Source: a virus
IMG/VR virus record: IMGVR_UViG_3300020411_003715
Location: 1-64,000 of that record
Length of the DNA stretch: 64,000 bases
Reading direction: 5' to 3' (one strand)
The notes below the pieces were generated by a model that was given only the letters and a program-made list of their open reading frames with translations, was not told the origin of the DNA and ran no database searches. Position 1 is the stretch's first letter, and each line of letters opens with the position of its first letter. Both the position numbers and the translations under genes were made by a program. Below are positions 55,488-64,000 of this stretch, piece after piece.

Positions 55488-55704
55488 TACTCTCTACGAC
55501 CGTCGAACAGATTTACTGGACAGCGGCGCTCCCCCATGCCTCCCTGCGGGTGCTCACGGAAAGAGGTAGTGCTGGTGGATTTTCCCAAATGCCGCCACCG
55601 AACAGCTTTTGGGGCTGCCCCGAAAGGGGTCGCGATAGCGGGGCGCGAGCACTATGTCTTTCCGGAATCTGGTAGATCATAGGGAGAGTATACGTCAGTA
55701 AATC
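55488..55704. ncRNA. Candidate structured non-coding RNA (~220 nt, nested helices plus possible pseudoknot)
   Basis: Complementary segments TACTCTC/GAGAGTA, GATTTACTG/CAGTAAATC, CGGAAAGA/TCTTTCCG, TAGTGCT/AGCACTA, GGTGG/CCACC, CCCC-GAAA-GGGG, CAGC/GCTG; no credible ORF. Confidence 0.6.
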
Positions 55705-55741
55705 AATCTTGTGGTAGCAGTTAATATACGCGCTTAAAATT

Positions 55742-55776
55742 ATTCCCCCAGAGCCCTTAAAAGGGGTGGGGGAATT
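55742..55776. terminator. Hairpin 3' of the tRNA-CAU gene
   Basis: TTCCCCCA...TGGGGGAA with an inner CCCTT/AAGGG. Confidence 0.45.
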
Positions 55777-55784
55777 GATTGTAT

Positions 55785-55861
55785 TGGTGGACCCTCTCGG
55801 ACTTGAACCGAGGACCTACCGGTTATGAGCCGGGGGCTCTGACCAACTGAGCTAAGGGTCC
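55785..55861 (-). tRNA. tRNA with CAU anticodon, Ile2 (lysidine)-type more likely than Met
   Basis: GGACCCTTAGCTCAGTTGGTCAGAGC..CT-CAT-AA..AGGGTCCACCA; the acceptor stem resembles bacterial tRNA-Ile2. Confidence 0.9.
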
Positions 55862-55871
55862 GATAAGTGGG

Positions 55872-56279
55872 TTATATGAAATCCAATCCTGATTTGTAGA
55901 ACCTCAGGATGGAAATGTTTGGGGCGTAGGGTCCGCCCCTAAGGCGGTGGTCCTTAAACTTGAAGCGCTGCCAGCGTGCGTATCGGTCACCCAAACGGTT
56001 TGCTCTGGCGTCCAGAATGTCTGAGGACACCTTAATGGCGTGCCTTGATTCCAAGTAGGCAACAATCGCTTCCTGGTGCTCCCTAAGCGCTTGCATACAG
56101 ACTCTGCTTACGATTCCCTGGGCAGAATAGTAAAGATCGGAAAGCTCCGATTCTTCTGGCATGTAGTTCCCGTCGAACTCCAGAACAATGTCTTTGTTAA
56201 CGCTGACCTCTAGCTTCACAGGCATAGCGGTGTCTTCGCTGCACCCAATCTGATTCTCCAGACTCAGTTCTTCTTTCAT
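55872..56279 (-). CDS. Hypothetical protein
   Basis: 135+ aa between tRNA genes; GAGG SD at a slightly earlier ATG (56290). Confidence 0.65.
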   Translation of the reverse strand: MKEELSLENQIGCSEDTAMPVKLEVSVNKDIVLEFDGNYMPEESELSDLYYSAQGIVSRVCMQALREHQEAIVAYLESRHAIKVSSDILDARANRLGDRYARWQRFKFKDHRLRGGPYAPNISILRFYKSGLDFI

Positions 56280-56322
56280 GGTCTTGCCATAAATTCCTCT
56301 CGACAGTTGTCAAGAGAGCAGG

Positions 56323-56409
56323 TGGTGGGGCTGGAGGGACTCGAACCCTCAATCCCAAGTGGGCGACAGATTTTAAGTCTGTTGCGTATACCAGTTCCGC
56401 CACAGCCCC
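56323..56409 (-). tRNA. tRNA-Leu (UAA), CCA encoded
   Basis: GGGGCTGTGGCGGAACTGGTATACGC..CT-TAA-AA, long variable arm, GGTTCGAGTCCC..CAGCCCCACCA. Confidence 0.95.
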
Positions 56410-56418
56410 CAAGGACTA

Positions 56419-56775
56419 CTAGTTGAGCAGATCCTTGTCCATGTTCTTATATGCGGCGTAGGCCATAAGCTCTTCTTTTGTTAACCCGTGAGGGTTGCTT
56501 ACGGGAGCTTCCTTCATCTCAATGATTGCGTCTTTTAGCATCTCTAATTTCTGGTTGTGGTCTTCTAGGGTCGTACACACAAAAGCCAGCAGGGACGATA
56601 TTGACGGGTAATCTGAACTAAACTTTTTTGAGTCTCGAAGCTGGGCTTCGAGTCCCTCTATCATAGGGAGGATAGACTCACGTATGTCCTCATCCTCTTC
56701 TGCACGCTCTCGAATGAATTCCCCGAAGTGCTCGATTATCTGGAGCAGATCAGGTGCTTCTTTGTTCTTTGCCAT
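56419..56775 (-). CDS. Hypothetical helical protein
   Basis: 118 aa; AGGAG SD. Confidence 0.75.
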   Translation of the reverse strand: MAKNKEAPDLLQIIEHFGEFIRERAEEDEDIRESILPMIEGLEAQLRDSKKFSSDYPSISSLLAFVCTTLEDHNQKLEMLKDAIIEMKEAPVSNPHGLTKEELMAYAAYKNMDKDLLN

Positions 56776-56908
56776 AGGGCAACTCCTTTTCCTAAGGGTT
56801 GGTTACGCTTGGATACTCAGACACTAACAGCTACTGGATTAAAATTGATAGCAGCTACAGACGGGTCCGACAAAGTGCTTATACCCCATAAGAAGTCATG
56901 ATTGCGCT

Positions 56909-57289
56909 CTAGAACTCGTCGTCCGATTCGGGCGGAACACGACCCTCGCACAGGGCGGTGTACTCTTTGTAAACATGGTTCCGAGCCTCTTCCGATCTAG
57001 GGCCTTCAAATATAAGCTCAAGCGCCATAGACGACAACATATGAACATAACAGCCACAGTTTGCCGAACATGGGAAGTTTTCTTTGCTTAGATTGTCTTG
57101 GCAATCCTTGTCAAATGAACCCCGATATTTCGTGGCCATATTCATACAAGCAATTGTGACCACCAAATCCTGTATGGCCGTTTCAGGGATCTCCAGAAGA
57201 GAAGCTATCTTCTCTTTCTGATTAACCCGGTCCATGGGAAACGGTATCACGTTCCCAAAACACCCGTCTTCGTTTTTATCGTCAGACAT
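56909..57289 (-). CDS. Hypothetical protein with Cys cluster
   Basis: GNVIPFP motif; CxxxCxCxxH. Confidence 0.7.
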   Translation of the reverse strand: MSDDKNEDGCFGNVIPFPMDRVNQKEKIASLLEIPETAIQDLVVTIACMNMATKYRGSFDKDCQDNLSKENFPCSANCGCYVHMLSSMALELIFEGPRSEEARNHVYKEYTALCEGRVPPESDDEF

Positions 57290-57567
57290 TTCAATAACCT
57301 AGATGCCCCCCGGCGGACACGTAAGGATAGAGACACATTCTAACCCTAACCCTGGGGCGGTAAAAGCACCACGTATTACGATGTAATAAGCAATACAGGA
57401 TGTATATAAATAATTACCAAGATGTGGCCAAAAAAGTAAGCACTTACGGGCACATACAACACCCTGTATATCAAAGAGTAAACCTGTAGAGTCTGCGGGT
57501 AATTATGGTTCCTTTGTTGGTATAAGCTTTTTGCGGAATCCCCCGCACGCCACCACCTAAGGAGTTT

Positions 57568-58083
57568 GTGATGGAAATTAAGTTTGAGACTGTTAAGGGA
57601 ACTCTTTTCGGGGAGTTTCTAGGTTGTGCTTTTCAGGACCTTTTGCGGCAGACGCTCCTGGAAACACCAGAAGCCGCTGGCGAGTTAAATTGTGATATGC
57701 TTGATATACAGACAACGCTGAACGGGAAAGCGTTGGATTTTCAGAGACTGTTCTCCGCCTTTGAGGGAAAGCTCCCCTCTAGTAACGGCGAAGCCTCTAC
57801 TGAAGGTTCGGGCGATATGATCCTGGTTGACCGTAACAAGCTCAAGGAGGCTCTTGAGCAAGTAGACTACGCACAGAGCGAGTGTGGCAGCGTAGATAGC
57901 CGTGTTGAGGAATCCTTTAATGACGGAATCGCTGCGGCGTCTAGCTCATACTACTGTGGCGAGTACGCAAGTGAAGCTGCCTCTGAGGCTGGGTATGAGC
58001 ACTCACCGGGAGGGGAAGTGACGCACGAGATCTACAACCACCTTGACTCGGCTTCAGATATCCTCAGAGAACTCACTGATTAA
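57568..58083 (+). CDS. Hypothetical acidic protein
   Basis: TAAGGAG SD; own promoter-like motif (57519-57526) and terminator. Confidence 0.8.
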   Translation: MMEIKFETVKGTLFGEFLGCAFQDLLRQTLLETPEAAGELNCDMLDIQTTLNGKALDFQRLFSAFEGKLPSSNGEASTEGSGDMILVDRNKLKEALEQVDYAQSECGSVDSRVEESFNDGIAAASSSYYCGEYASEAASEAGYEHSPGGEVTHEIYNHLDSASDILRELTD

Positions 58084-58090
58084 TATAGAT

Positions 58091-58119
58091 AAGTGGGGGC
58101 TCGCGCCCCCGCTTTTTTT
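58091..58119 (+). terminator. Intrinsic terminator between convergent genes
   Basis: AAGTGGGGGC-TCGC-GCCCCCGCTT-TTTTT. Confidence 0.85.
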
Positions 58120-58121
58120 AC

Positions 58122-59609
58122 CTATCCGTATAGATCTTGCGGAGGACCGTGTATGACAGCGATAAGCCCTCGGTCTTTGTCGTGGAGGTACAGAGGGAGA
58201 CTTTTCGGAGAACCCACGTACCCAGAACGTGCGTGCCACCTGTCAGGGCCGGACAAGCTAGGAAGCTGTCGTCGCGTCACACCATACGCAACGTCGGTTT
58301 CGGTCTTTTCGTAATGGAGGTGCCCGGTGTAGACCGTTCGGAACGGGCAGCTTGACCAGTCTTTAGCCGCCTCTCTTGCCATATGGCCAGCTAGATCTTT
58401 AGTCTTAGAGACGCCGTCTCCGTGAACAAACCCTATCAAGTTCCTTCCGTAGGCGATGTACTGACGGGGGACTTTTTCTTGAATTACGTTAACGTCGTCA
58501 GCCCCACGATAATACGCGCTAAGATATAGGAGCAGCACAAACCCCATGGCCCGGTCGTGGTTTCCGCTCATTAGTATAAGCTCCACCGGTGCCACTTGTC
58601 GGAGAGAGTCTACCCACTCCTCCATAAGCATACATGCGGACTCAATGATGTCGTAAAAGTTCCCGTCAGTATCTTGCGGAGTCCCCCGAGTGGTGTTCAG
58701 GAGGTCGTTATCAATGTGGAGGAAGTCACTCCCGATAGGCACTATAATCTTTTCCGGCTTACCGAATGGCGTCATCCGTGAAAGCACATCCTCTGTACAG
58801 GAGAACAATCTTTTCTTTGCGATGCTCCGGTCGTAAACTTCCCAGTTCTCTGAGTCTGAATACTTCCCCCAGTGGAAATCTGTCAGACCTACAACCACAG
58901 CGAACGGCTTGTCTGAGGTCTTGAGTGACAGCTGCTTTGCTTTTGGCGGCTTCCTGTCGCCTATTGCCTCTAAGATTCTTCTGAATACGTGGTCTTCAAA
59001 CTCACGCCATTTTTTAGCTTCCTTCTGGATGTCCTTCCACTTCTCTTGCTCAAACTTTCTGTAGAAGGATGCACGGCGCATCTGAAGAGCTTCAGACAGC
59101 AGGTCACTTTCTGACCGCTCCATCATCTCATCATTGGTGAAGGGCTCGTGGTCTTTTGTCCATCCGTGTATTCGCTTGTACTTCTCAAACCAAGCGCGGG
59201 GCATTTTGAACTCTCGGCAGATCTCGTTTATTGTCGCGGGATCACCGTCGAAGTTTGAGTAGGCCCTTAACATATCCCTGTGGACATCCCCAGGAACCTC
59301 AAGGGGGTGGGGCACGCCCGGAACAAAGGTAACGTATACATCCCTGTCGCCGTCGTACCAGTATCTACTGTCACTGACGTACCTTGCCGAACCATCGCCG
59401 TCTTCAGCGCCAACCTTTTTGGCTTCTTGCCGGACCCACTTTCCCCACGCCACAAGCTCGTCGTAGTCCATGGAGAAACGCTCACCGTATCTCTTGTGAA
59501 GAGCCCTCCACTCACGATGAACCAGCTGATTAAATAACCTGTCTCCGTATTCGGCTTTTAACTTCGCCCACTTGGGCGGTATTCCTGCGTCACTCAAAAG
59601 CGCCTCCAT
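58122..59609 (-). CDS. Calcineurin-like metallophosphoesterase with N-terminal extension
   Basis: DFHWG, GSDFLH, SGNHD, VHGD, TGHLH. Confidence 0.85.
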   Translation of the reverse strand: MEALLSDAGIPPKWAKLKAEYGDRLFNQLVHREWRALHKRYGERFSMDYDELVAWGKWVRQEAKKVGAEDGDGSARYVSDSRYWYDGDRDVYVTFVPGVPHPLEVPGDVHRDMLRAYSNFDGDPATINEICREFKMPRAWFEKYKRIHGWTKDHEPFTNDEMMERSESDLLSEALQMRRASFYRKFEQEKWKDIQKEAKKWREFEDHVFRRILEAIGDRKPPKAKQLSLKTSDKPFAVVVGLTDFHWGKYSDSENWEVYDRSIAKKRLFSCTEDVLSRMTPFGKPEKIIVPIGSDFLHIDNDLLNTTRGTPQDTDGNFYDIIESACMLMEEWVDSLRQVAPVELILMSGNHDRAMGFVLLLYLSAYYRGADDVNVIQEKVPRQYIAYGRNLIGFVHGDGVSKTKDLAGHMAREAAKDWSSCPFRTVYTGHLHYEKTETDVAYGVTRRQLPSLSGPDRWHARSGYVGSPKSLPLYLHDKDRGLIAVIHGPPQDLYG

Positions 59610-59806
59610 ACCTATAGGACCTGTTTATGCCTACCAACAAAATATCTCTCTCTACTTGTTCCACTGGGTATGAAGATAAGCGCGTGTCTGTGGTAATAAA
59701 AAATAGATAATGAGAAGCCTTTGCTGGTCTGTCCCTACCCGGCATTATAACCGGCAGGGGCAGCCCAACAAAGGCACTCAAAAACCTAAAGGACACTTTG
59801 GATATT

Positions 59807-60478
59807 TTAGGGCAATGGCGATGCTGTCCAATTTCTCCAGTTATCAGCGGATAATACGGGGTCGGCAGATAGCGCCGACACAAGCGCCGATGTCTCAGTA
59901 TAGTCCTCATTGAGAAGCAGGTCGTAGGTCTTGTCAAAATATCGGTCTCGGAACTTAGGAAATCCGCTGACTCTGTATGACTCCGCGATACCCTCCTCAA
60001 TAAACCGCTCACGAATTCTATTGTATAGAGACCAAGCGCCTTCTCGATAAGTAGGGTCCTCGAAGCACTCACGCCTTGTAGCGTGTCTACTTGGGTACTC
60101 TGGCTGGAGAACAGCAAGACCGATCTCCACCCTTCCAGGGTGAATATTATTTGGGTCAAGAAGGACCGATTTTGTACAGGCAGTCCCGTACGGGCCTAGC
60201 TCGTAAAAAGACGTTTGTATTTGAGAAGCACCGGCTGCGCTGATCACCGCGAATGGGTGATGAGAGGTGCTTCCAAAGTCGTATCCCAGCGACTCAGGGC
60301 GCGCTGTAACTCGATCTAACTCATTGTAGTTGTCAAAACCTTGAAGAGCGCGTATAAAAGTCAGGCGCGCTAGGGAATCGCCGTACAAATGTATAAGACA
60401 TTCTATGTAATCTTTCCCTAGTATGCCTGAATGGTTTTCTAGGAATTTTTGGACGAACTTATGATTTGGGTATGTCAT
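59807..60478 (-). CDS. Hypothetical protein
   Basis: 223 aa; AGGAGG SD. Confidence 0.75.
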   Translation of the reverse strand: MTYPNHKFVQKFLENHSGILGKDYIECLIHLYGDSLARLTFIRALQGFDNYNELDRVTARPESLGYDFGSTSHHPFAVISAAGASQIQTSFYELGPYGTACTKSVLLDPNNIHPGRVEIGLAVLQPEYPSRHATRRECFEDPTYREGAWSLYNRIRERFIEEGIAESYRVSGFPKFRDRYFDKTYDLLLNEDYTETSALVSALSADPVLSADNWRNWTASPLP

Positions 60479-60628
60479 TTAGCCTCCTTAGGTTATCTTT
60501 CCCAAAAGACTTATACCAACAAGTGGCTAAAACCTGCTACAAAACCACTCAATCAATACAGATACATTTCTCCACAACTTTGTGGGAAATGCCTAAGAAA
60601 CATAACAACTTAATTGGGAGGGCGATGA

Positions 60629-62608
60629 ATGATTTTTGCTCAACAAGAAGAAGGCCGCAAAGTTAGAAACTTTTCCTTAAGCACTGCATTCCTGGAACAG
60701 TACATCGACAAGCAGCCAGAGTGGGGGCCTCTCGGCTACTTCACATATAAGAGAACATATGCAAGGCCTCTTGAGGAAGGGGGCACGGAAGAATTTTGGC
60801 AAACATGCAAGCGCGTCATCGAGGGTGTTTATAATGTTCAGAAGATTCACTGCAGGGCCTTAAGGCTTCAGTGGAACGAGCCTAAGGCACAAAAGTCTGC
60901 CCAGGAAATGTTTGAGCGTATGTGGGCGTTCAAGTGGCTCCCTCCTGGAAGAGGGCTCTGGGTCATGGGGACCGACATGGTCCATGACAAAGGCTCTGCA
61001 GCACTAAACAACTGCGCTTTCGTAAGCACCGAAGAGATCGACGTAGATTTTGCCGCCCCCTTCACCTTCTTGATGGATATGTCCATGCTTGGCGTAGGCG
61101 TCGGCGGAGACACAAAGGGCGCAGGTAAAATCAAAATCCAGGTGCCCCGATTCACTGAAGAACCCTACGTGGTCGAGGACAGTCGAGAGGGGTGGGTAGA
61201 GTTAACCAAGGTTGTTTTAAACTCGTTTGTTGGCAAGGGGTACTACCCAAAGAGCATTGATTACTCACAGGTGAGAAAGCGCGGAGCCAAGATAAACGGA
61301 TTTGGTGGGGTGGCTTCTGGACCCCAGCCCCTGATCGATCTTGTAGAGAACCTCACAGAGCTTCTCATGCCGAAAGATGGAGAGCCTTACAGAATCAGCA
61401 GCGCGCACATAGTTGATATCTTTAATTTCGTAGGCAAGTGCGTTGTTAGTGGGGGGATCAGAAGAACGGCTGAGATAATGTTCGGCTACCCAACTGATAC
61501 CGAATTCGTAACCCTCAAGCAGGACAAAGAGGCATTAGAAGATAGAAGATGGGCCTCTAACAACAGTGTCTTTGGCTCCGTAGGCATGGACTATAGCAGC
61601 ATCGCCGATTCTATCGCCGTTAACGGTGAGCCCGGGGTGATATGGCTTGAGAACATGCAGCACTATCGACGGATGAACGGAAAGAGGAACAACTACGATG
61701 TTCGCGCTATGGGGAGCAACCCGTGCTCAGAGCAAACGCTTGAGTCCTTCGAGCTTTGTTGCTTAGTGGAGACTTTCCCTGCGCATCACGATAGTTTTGA
61801 GGACTACAAGCGGACCCTTAAGTTTGCCTACCTGTACGCCAAGACTGTCACCCTAATACCCACACACGACCCGAGAACGAATGCGGTCATGATGAGAAAT
61901 AGGAGAATAGGGTGCTCCATGAGCGGCATCGTGCAGGCCATGAACAAGCACGGACGCAGAGATTTCTTGAATTGGTGTGATTCTGGTTATGGCTATATAA
62001 GAGATTTGGACAGAAAGTACAGCGAGTGGCTGTGCATACCTAGATCAATTAAAGTCACGAGTGTGAAACCTAGCGGGACTGTGAGCCTTCTTTGCGGAGC
62101 AACCGCAGGGATACACTACCCACATAGCGAGTATTACATACGTAATATTAGGGTGGCCAACACGTCTCCATTGGTGGCTGCCGCAAAGGATGCCGGGTAT
62201 GTGGTGGAGCAGGATGTGTACGCCGATGACACCTCTTGCATCAGCTTCCCTGTAAGAGAGAAGGATTTCCAGAAGTGCAAAAAGGACGTCTCCATATGGG
62301 AACAGTTCGCCAATGCTGCTGATATGCAGGAGCACTGGGCAGACAATCAGGTTTCTATAACGATAACCTTTGGCGAAAGGGAGTCTCAGGACATAAAGTC
62401 TTGTCTTGAAATATATGAGACCAAACTCAAGTCTGTTTCGCTTCTTCCTCTTCTTGATGGCGATCACGGGTACAAGCAAGCGCCCTACATAGAGATCGAC
62501 AAGGAGACTTACGAAGCCATGTCTGCAAAGGTTCTTCCGATAGACCTGTCTAAGTCTAGGCACGAGGTCACGGAGAAATTTTGTGACGGGGACTCTTGCG
62601 TAATATAG
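60629..62608 (+). CDS. nrdJ: Class II (adenosylcobalamin-dependent) ribonucleotide reductase, monomeric type
   Basis: PPGRGLW, ALNNC, GGIRRTA, GEPG, NPCSEQ, VKPSGTVS, ADNQVS, C-terminal CDGDSC shuttle cysteines. Confidence 0.93.
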   Translation: MIFAQQEEGRKVRNFSLSTAFLEQYIDKQPEWGPLGYFTYKRTYARPLEEGGTEEFWQTCKRVIEGVYNVQKIHCRALRLQWNEPKAQKSAQEMFERMWAFKWLPPGRGLWVMGTDMVHDKGSAALNNCAFVSTEEIDVDFAAPFTFLMDMSMLGVGVGGDTKGAGKIKIQVPRFTEEPYVVEDSREGWVELTKVVLNSFVGKGYYPKSIDYSQVRKRGAKINGFGGVASGPQPLIDLVENLTELLMPKDGEPYRISSAHIVDIFNFVGKCVVSGGIRRTAEIMFGYPTDTEFVTLKQDKEALEDRRWASNNSVFGSVGMDYSSIADSIAVNGEPGVIWLENMQHYRRMNGKRNNYDVRAMGSNPCSEQTLESFELCCLVETFPAHHDSFEDYKRTLKFAYLYAKTVTLIPTHDPRTNAVMMRNRRIGCSMSGIVQAMNKHGRRDFLNWCDSGYGYIRDLDRKYSEWLCIPRSIKVTSVKPSGTVSLLCGATAGIHYPHSEYYIRNIRVANTSPLVAAAKDAGYVVEQDVYADDTSCISFPVREKDFQKCKKDVSIWEQFANAADMQEHWADNQVSITITFGERESQDIKSCLEIYETKLKSVSLLPLLDGDHGYKQAPYIEIDKETYEAMSAKVLPIDLSKSRHEVTEKFCDGDSCVI

Positions 62609-62610
62609 GT

Positions 62611-62642
62611 AAAAAAAGGGGGGGAATAACTCCCCCCTTTTT
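62611..62642. terminator. Bidirectional intrinsic terminator
   Basis: AAAAAAAGGGGGGG-AATAA-CTCCCCCCTTTTT between convergent genes. Confidence 0.85.
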
Positions 62643-62669
62643 ACTTATATACCTCCACACCAAGGACAG

Positions 62670-64000
62670 CTAGGGGCTCCGAACACCGTAGCGGTTGAGC
62701 GTTCTTTTATACCCTTCGCTCCAAGCCGCACCGTATTTAGATGCTACGGTAAACAGAGAGTCTTGGACCATCTGGTTCCCCCGACTTTTAGGAATCTCCG
62801 CCTTGGTTACGCCTTTCGCCGTAGCGATAAACATGCGCCCCAACTCAGACATTGCCACTAGGCGGTCGTCCATTTTATTATCCCTGGAAAGGGCCTCTTT
62901 CTTAGTAAGCTCCCATTCGTCGGGCACGTCTATCCCTGCGAATGCTTTACTCTCTAGTAGCAACGCAATGTTTGGGATCATCTTGTCGAGAAGCCTTTCA
63001 AGTAGAACATCTATGTCGGAAACAAGCCCGTCCTGAAGACTTCCCGTTCCATATTGAGCGGGTCTAATAACCTCAATTCCGGATCGATTAGGAATAACCT
63101 CGTTCACCCAAGCATCCCGTCGCTGTACTTCACCAAGAACAAACCTCATTTGGACGAGATAGTCCTCCATAACCCTCAGCCCTTCTTCTTTGCTGCCATA
63201 GCGCCCCGCCTTCAGCTGGTCTAAGACCGGGTGGGAAATACTTTCGTCGACAGGTTTTGAGAATTCTCCGGCGTAAATCTTAGCCTCAATTTCTTCCATG
63301 GAAGTTATCTCTCCAGACTTACATCCCTCAACGGTTTCTTGGATACGGACAACAAGCTCTTCCATTCTTTTTAGTTGCTCTCTGTCCATGTCCGCAGGGT
63401 CGTTGTTTGTAAGGCCGGACACGCTTGTAATCTTATTAATATCGATGTCGTCGTACCCCATGAACCATCTTGTGGTTTCTGTGTATTTATTTTGGCAGAT
63501 AGACCAATTCATACATGATATTGTTGGGTCCATGGCGGCCATGGTCATATGCGGGTTTGATAGGGGGTCGTAGATTGCGACCCTAGTAATGGCACGCGCA
63601 GGTATGACGCCCTTATAACTACAGTTCCCCAAAAACTTTATGGAGTCCTCTGCCATATGGGCAAACCTTTGGATGTTATCCCTCAGCCAGATGGTCCTTT
63701 CTTCCATCCCGCTTTCCCACGGAAATCCATCGAACATATCCAAGAGCCTCCGGTCCCCGCTTTCAAGAGAGATTTCTACTAGCTTCTCCGGAGAGTACTG
63801 GCGCATCATCTGCTCAAGGAAGTCTTCGTCCGGAAGAAGACGAACCCCATGTCCGGAGCCATGGAGATCGTTAACGAGATTGGTGTTGTTTTGCTCGTAT
63901 ACAGGAGTGAAACTTCTATATATTTTTGACGTTTCAATTTCTACGATACCCCACTTCTCTCCATCTTCAGCCACGCATCCCGCAAAGTAGGGGGCGTACC
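62670..64000 (-). CDS. Hypothetical protein, 5' end beyond the window edge
   Basis: The frame stays open upstream of the GTG at 63974 (YAPYFAGC-VAEDGEKWGIVEI). Confidence 0.75.
   Translation of the reverse strand, partial: YAPYFAGCVAEDGEKWGIVEIETSKIYRSFTPVYEQNNTNLVNDLHGSGHGVRLLPDEDFLEQMMRQYSPEKLVEISLESGDRRLLDMFDGFPWESGMEERTIWLRDNIQRFAHMAEDSIKFLGNCSYKGVIPARAITRVAIYDPLSNPHMTMAAMDPTISCMNWSICQNKYTETTRWFMGYDDIDINKITSVSGLTNNDPADMDREQLKRMEELVVRIQETVEGCKSGEITSMEEIEAKIYAGEFSKPVDESISHPVLDQLKAGRYGSKEEGLRVMEDYLVQMRFVLGEVQRRDAWVNEVIPNRSGIEVIRPAQYGTGSLQDGLVSDIDVLLERLLDKMIPNIALLLESKAFAGIDVPDEWELTKKEALSRDNKMDDRLVAMSELGRMFIATAKGVTKAEIPKSRGNQMVQDSLFTVASKYGAAWSEGYKRTLNRYGVRSP

Noticed and set aside
55648-55664. 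Group I intron (AAGACATAGT on the minus strand resembles the conserved S element)
   Set aside because: P/Q/R/S elements are not in the required order, no interrupted gene flanks it, and this segment pairs in a simple nested helix.
55470-55682. 70-aa + strand ORF
   Set aside because: No SD or protein-like features; the region is better explained by RNA secondary structure.
57340-57353. Telomere-like CTAACCCTAACCCT
   Set aside because: Only about two units; expected by chance and without supporting context.
59590-60159. 189-aa minus-strand ORF
   Set aside because: Overlaps the better-supported 59807..60478 gene in another frame; no SD; atypical composition.
60629-62608. Intein or intron in the RNR (also checked RNAP and terminase)
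   Set aside because: Lengths and motif spacing are normal or short; no C/S...HN-C/S/T splice junctions or LAGLIDADG-like blocks were seen.

Overview
This window is a 64-kb segment of a large tailed phage (contractile tail, jumbo-phage-like), read in the standard genetic code at roughly 50% GC. The left ~38 kb (+ strand) is a virion morphogenesis block. It holds a single-polypeptide beta-beta' RNA polymerase (2089 aa, NADFDGD), a baseplate spike-like protein, a SNF2 ATPase, a GpA-type large terminase, a prohead protease, scaffold/internal proteins, the major capsid protein, neck proteins, a 1474-aa tail sheath, a tail tube and a holin-like gene. The right ~26 kb is mostly minus strand. It holds spanin-like genes, a Ycf46 AAA/DUF1257/DUF2997/radical-SAM module, RecA-like and ParB-like genes, a four-gene ubiquitin-like conjugation operon (Ubl-E2-JAB-E1), a lytic transglycosylase, a NYN protein, four tRNAs, a metallophosphoesterase and a class II ribonucleotide reductase. 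The most notable observations are: (1) the apparently complete phage-encoded ubiquitin-like conjugation/deconjugation system; (2) two mirror-image, helically phased arrays of GTGACA-N10-TGTCAC palindromes flanking an AT-rich gene next to parB; (3) a recurring K-x-A motif in head proteins that may be the prohead protease cleavage site; (4) an unannotated ~220-nt structured RNA candidate in the tRNA region; (5) the fused, zinc-finger-less RNA polymerase coupled to structural genes. All product calls come from motif recognition by eye; no database searches were run.
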